From NCBI GenBank assembly GCA_019247695.1, contig JAFBAP010000101.1:26201-90200 (forward strand): a DNA stretch of 64,000 bases. The letters run 5' to 3'. The position numbers were made by a program, and so were the translations under genes. The stretch is from Verrucomicrobiota bacterium (lineage in GTDB: Bacteria; Verrucomicrobiota; Verrucomicrobiia; Chthoniobacterales; JAFAMB01). Positions 61,406 through 64,000 of the stretch are shown in pieces (the first letter of the stretch is position 1; the number at the start of each line of letters is the position of its first letter). The notes below the pieces were generated by a model. That model saw only the letters and a program-made list of their open reading frames with translations. It searched no databases and was not told where the DNA came from.

Positions 61406-62073
61406 ACAAGACGACTTTGGGGCCCATCCCCAGGGAAAAGGTTCCACCGGCAGGGCGAGTTCGGCATCCGCGGGTCAAGTGTTCCGCTTCCCGAGTCGGC
61501 GGTCGGCCGATCCACGCCGGTTGTGAAAAGCCGGCCAGACGCAACCGGCGTTGTGTAAAGCCAACGGCCGCATTCCGCAACACAAACGCACGCCGCGGTA
61601 CAACGCAGGGCGCACCATGTCGTGGTGCAGGCTGCGGTACATCGCCTGGACAGGGCAGGGGAGCAAACGAGCGGGCTCCTGGTCCCTTATATCGGAAGCC
61701 CGCCCTCTGTCTGTGTCTGGCTAATACCGGCACCCGCCGGGTCGGCTGCTTTTGACCAATTCTCACGCTACAGGGCCAACGGGGATACGCTACTCGGCAG
61801 TGAAGACATATTTCTGGCGGGAAAGCCGCTTCGAGTCGCTATGGCGTGCCTCAGCGCTCGAGCCAGTGACAAACCGATCGGTTTGCGCTCAAGCACGCAG
61901 GTCGTCGGTCGATCAGCCGCTTGGGGGAAAGTCCTAAAGGCTTTTCATGGGGTGCAGGTTGATCGCTGGTACGGGGTCAGCCTGTACCCGCCCCTGTGGG
62001 GGAAGGGAGCTCCGCTTCGGCCTATTGCCGTCGAGGTCGGAACGGGCACCTTCGCTTCGCGGATCCTCCCATT

Positions 62074-62160
62074 GCCTCGCTTGACGGCGGCCTCCGCTGC
62101 GCTACCGGTGACTGCATTTTTGCGTTTTCCCTCTGTTCGCTTGTCCCTCGCTCCATCGGT
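62074..62160. repeat. 3'-flank element, copy 4 (diverged)
   Basis: GCCTCGCTTGACGGCGG...CTGCATTTTTGCGTT shares both conserved boxes with copies 1 and 2. It lies just 3' of the Uma2 copy 3 stop. Confidence 0.55.
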
Positions 62161-62184
62161 CAACCGACAAAAAACCGGGGCGAC

Positions 62185-62760
62185 TCAAGCACCCCCGAAC
62201 AAGGCAGCAACATCGATTTCGACGCCAGCTAAAGCCTGCGGCGATACCTCGCCTTCCCTGACGATTGTCGTTTCGTAGTAGTCGCCGCCGAGCAGGAAGA
62301 CGCGCAGGCACCGGTGGCGAACGTCGACCACCCAGTATTCCGGGACGCCGGCCCGCCGGTAGAGGTCCGCTTTGTAGCCCAGGTCGCGGGTGAGGGTGCT
62401 GTCGGCAATTTCGATGACCAGCAGCACGTCCGACGCGGTGAGGTGCTGTCGGCGGCCGATCCCAGGCCGGTAAAGCACCAGGTCTGGTTCAGGCACGTCG
62501 TGGGGCCGTATGGGCAAAGAGCGGCCGGGACCGACCCTGAAACGTCTCCCGCGTTGGTCGGAGAAGGCTGCGGTGAGTTCCTCCAAAATCCAGTGGTGTT
62601 CGGGGCCGATGGGCGCCGTGGGGATGATTTGACCGTCCAGCAGCTCGACGCGGGCGTCCTCCTCGAGGATGCCGGCCTCGACTAGCCGGTAATACTCCTC
62701 GACCGTAAACCGGCGCACGGCGTCGAAGTGCACCGGGGGGGGGTGGGTGATCGTGGACAT
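62185..62760 (-). CDS. Uma2-family (DUF820) PD-(D/E)xK endonuclease, copy 3
   Basis: 191 aa, collinear with copy 1 and roughly 85% nucleotide identity by eye. Motifs: PEPDLVLY, LVIEIADST, KADLYRRAGVPEYWVVDVRHRCLRVF. Confidence 0.85.
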   Translation of the reverse strand: MSTITHPPPVHFDAVRRFTVEEYYRLVEAGILEEDARVELLDGQIIPTAPIGPEHHWILEELTAAFSDQRGRRFRVGPGRSLPIRPHDVPEPDLVLYRPGIGRRQHLTASDVLLVIEIADSTLTRDLGYKADLYRRAGVPEYWVVDVRHRCLRVFLLGGDYYETTIVREGEVSPQALAGVEIDVAALFGGA

Positions 62761-63193
62761 GGTCAGGTTGCCGCCTCTGCGGGTAATGCTGGATCGTACC
62801 TGGTCTTACGCTAGGCCGCATCCCTTAAACTTGAGGGTGCTTGGCATTGACGGACAGCAACGATCCGCCGTTGACTGGACCGGATGCGGTCACTGATGGC
62901 GGGTCTTGTTGTAGGCCCGGCCCTTAGCGTGGGAGGCGGGGTTCGCCGACGCCACCTACACGGCGCGACGGGGCAGGCCGTGATGGCGCGGGGGGTTGGG
63001 AGAAACGTTGAACCCAGGCGCAAGGCAACCCCCAAAGGGTGCGGGGATCGACCCGTCCCACGCCACGGGGGTCTTTCCCGCGCTGCGACCGTCCATCCGC
63101 CGACCCGGAGGACCTTGGCGTGGGGTCGACGCATTTTGGCTTGCGGGGTATTGACCGACGGCACTGCGAAAATCTCCGGTAAAGCGATCCGTG

Positions 63194-63271
63194 CACGAGC
63201 AGTTGCCGCCACACCAGCGGGCTCATCACGCCGCAGAGCACGACGCGAAGTTGGTAGATCGCAAGGGACAA
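63194..63271 (-). pseudogene. N-terminal fragment of a pRiA4b ORF-3-like (PF07929-type) protein
   Basis: AIYQLRVVLCGVMSPLVWRQLLV resembles the family's hallmark N-terminus (YQLK..L.G..PP.WRR..V). Downstream sequence loses similarity in all frames. Confidence 0.35.
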
Positions 63272-63455
63272 TCAGGAAGGTTCAGGCAGGCGGGCACGTT
63301 ACCGAAGCCCACCGGTTTGGCTTCGCATCTGCCCCCGAAATGTCCCGCTCTCCAGCGTCGGAGGGACCTGTCTCTTGTCATCATCCGGCAACTCGATATG
63401 ATCTACTATGCCATCCAGTCGAACTCAACAGCGGAGACTATAACCTTGGGTGTAA

Positions 63456-63929
63456 AAAAAAATAGATACCAAAGCTGAAACCGAAGCTTGCATCGACCGA
63501 GCTGATCATAATCACTTCAGACAATGGAGGTCCGTTCGAAGCGACGTTTCTAACCAAACCTTTGCTTCGAAGGCCTTCAAGAAGGATGCCGGCCACACTT
63601 TTCGCCACGTCGAAGGTACGGCAGAGCCGGGCAAGTCGACGTACGCCGACAGGGATACAGCGATCAATGTGACGATGGAGCTTTTGAACTGCGCCCAGGG
63701 TCAGAAGATCCTTGGACGGCTTGATAAAGCGGACCCCGCCGGCAGCTTCGTTGAGCACGACATTGCGAACAGGAAGATCGAGGCCGAGGTCACCGGGCAT
63801 TGGTACGGGTTTGATGGGTCTCCCGGGGCAACCAAGAAGAAAATTACGAAGGCGACTTGTCAGATTATGAAGCTCGGTGCAGATGTGCTATGGATTCAAA
63901 CCACCTATCCAACCGGCTTCGTCGCTTGA
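63456..63929 (+). CDS. Orphan RNase-A-like toxin domain ORF (no in-frame start before the domain)
   Basis: AGHTFRHVEG...STYADRDTAINVTMELL...ITKATCQIMKLGADVLWIQTTYP resembles bacterial RNase A-like (CdiA-CT type) toxin domains (HT..RHVG ... ending ..L/I.T.YP). The frame opens right after a TAA inside an A9 tract. GC is visibly lower than in the flanks. Confidence 0.5.
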   Translation, partial: KKIDTKAETEACIDRADHNHFRQWRSVRSDVSNQTFASKAFKKDAGHTFRHVEGTAEPGKSTYADRDTAINVTMELLNCAQGQKILGRLDKADPAGSFVEHDIANRKIEAEVTGHWYGFDGSPGATKKKITKATCQIMKLGADVLWIQTTYPTGFVA

Positions 63930-64000
63930 GGAACGGCTCCAGGTCTGCCGTCCGCACCGGCTTGGGCATCTCAATCAGCAAGTGCATTTTCGTCCCCGCT

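Noticed and set aside
63438-63800. 120-aa minus-strand ORF opposite the toxin-domain frame
   Set aside because: The plus-strand frame has recognisable toxin-domain similarity through to its C-terminal ..TTYP. The minus frame has none.

Overview
This is a high-GC (roughly 60-65% by eye) bacterial chromosomal window. I recognised no rRNA, tRNA, CRISPR array, transposase or integrase, and I do not assign a taxon.

nt 1-52,200 is mostly core genome:
- the 3' two-thirds of rpoC, a PduO-type adenosyltransferase, rpsB-tsf and a PAP2 phosphatase
- a eukaryote-type UDP-glucose pyrophosphorylase
- a translationally coupled parB / glutaminyl-cyclase-like M28 / glutaredoxin trio with no parA
- a cNMP-sensing histidine kinase
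- a 1,202-aa ABCG-type exporter with TerB-like and FHA-like N-terminal modules, next to a rhomboid that appears to lack its catalytic dyad
- mazG, a ClpX paralogue without the zinc ribbon, recR-mnmA-recF, trpF, leuB and sdhCAB
- a two-component-controlled CzcCBA-type RND efflux operon bracketed by two OprB-family porins.

nt ~52,200-64,000 is a repeat-saturated, partly decayed accessory zone:
- three Uma2 (DUF820) nuclease paralogues, two near-identical including their flanks and one with a single in-frame TAG
- three gene remnants (DUF1624, GT1, PF07929-like)
- a visibly lower-GC gene that fuses an alpha/beta-hydrolase to a C14 caspase-like protease
- an orphan RNase-A-like toxin domain whose ATG-initiated frame is broken by an A9 tract.

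The hydrolase-caspase fusion and its conflict-type neighbourhood are my best candidate for something undescribed, but I see no multi-gene system I can defend.

A second unusual layer is structural. Heptanucleotide tandem arrays, mainly (GGGTAAC)n and up to 22 units long, sit at gene boundaries. They are often arranged as inverted (foldback) pairs capped by the conserved 19-mer AATGCCACAAATGGAAGAG. They have G-quadruplex potential, and they supply the stop codons and C-terminal tails of trpF and a YkuD-like gene. Several other dispersed repeat families fill the intergenic space.

All protein family calls come from motifs read by eye. No HMM, BLAST or folding computation was run.
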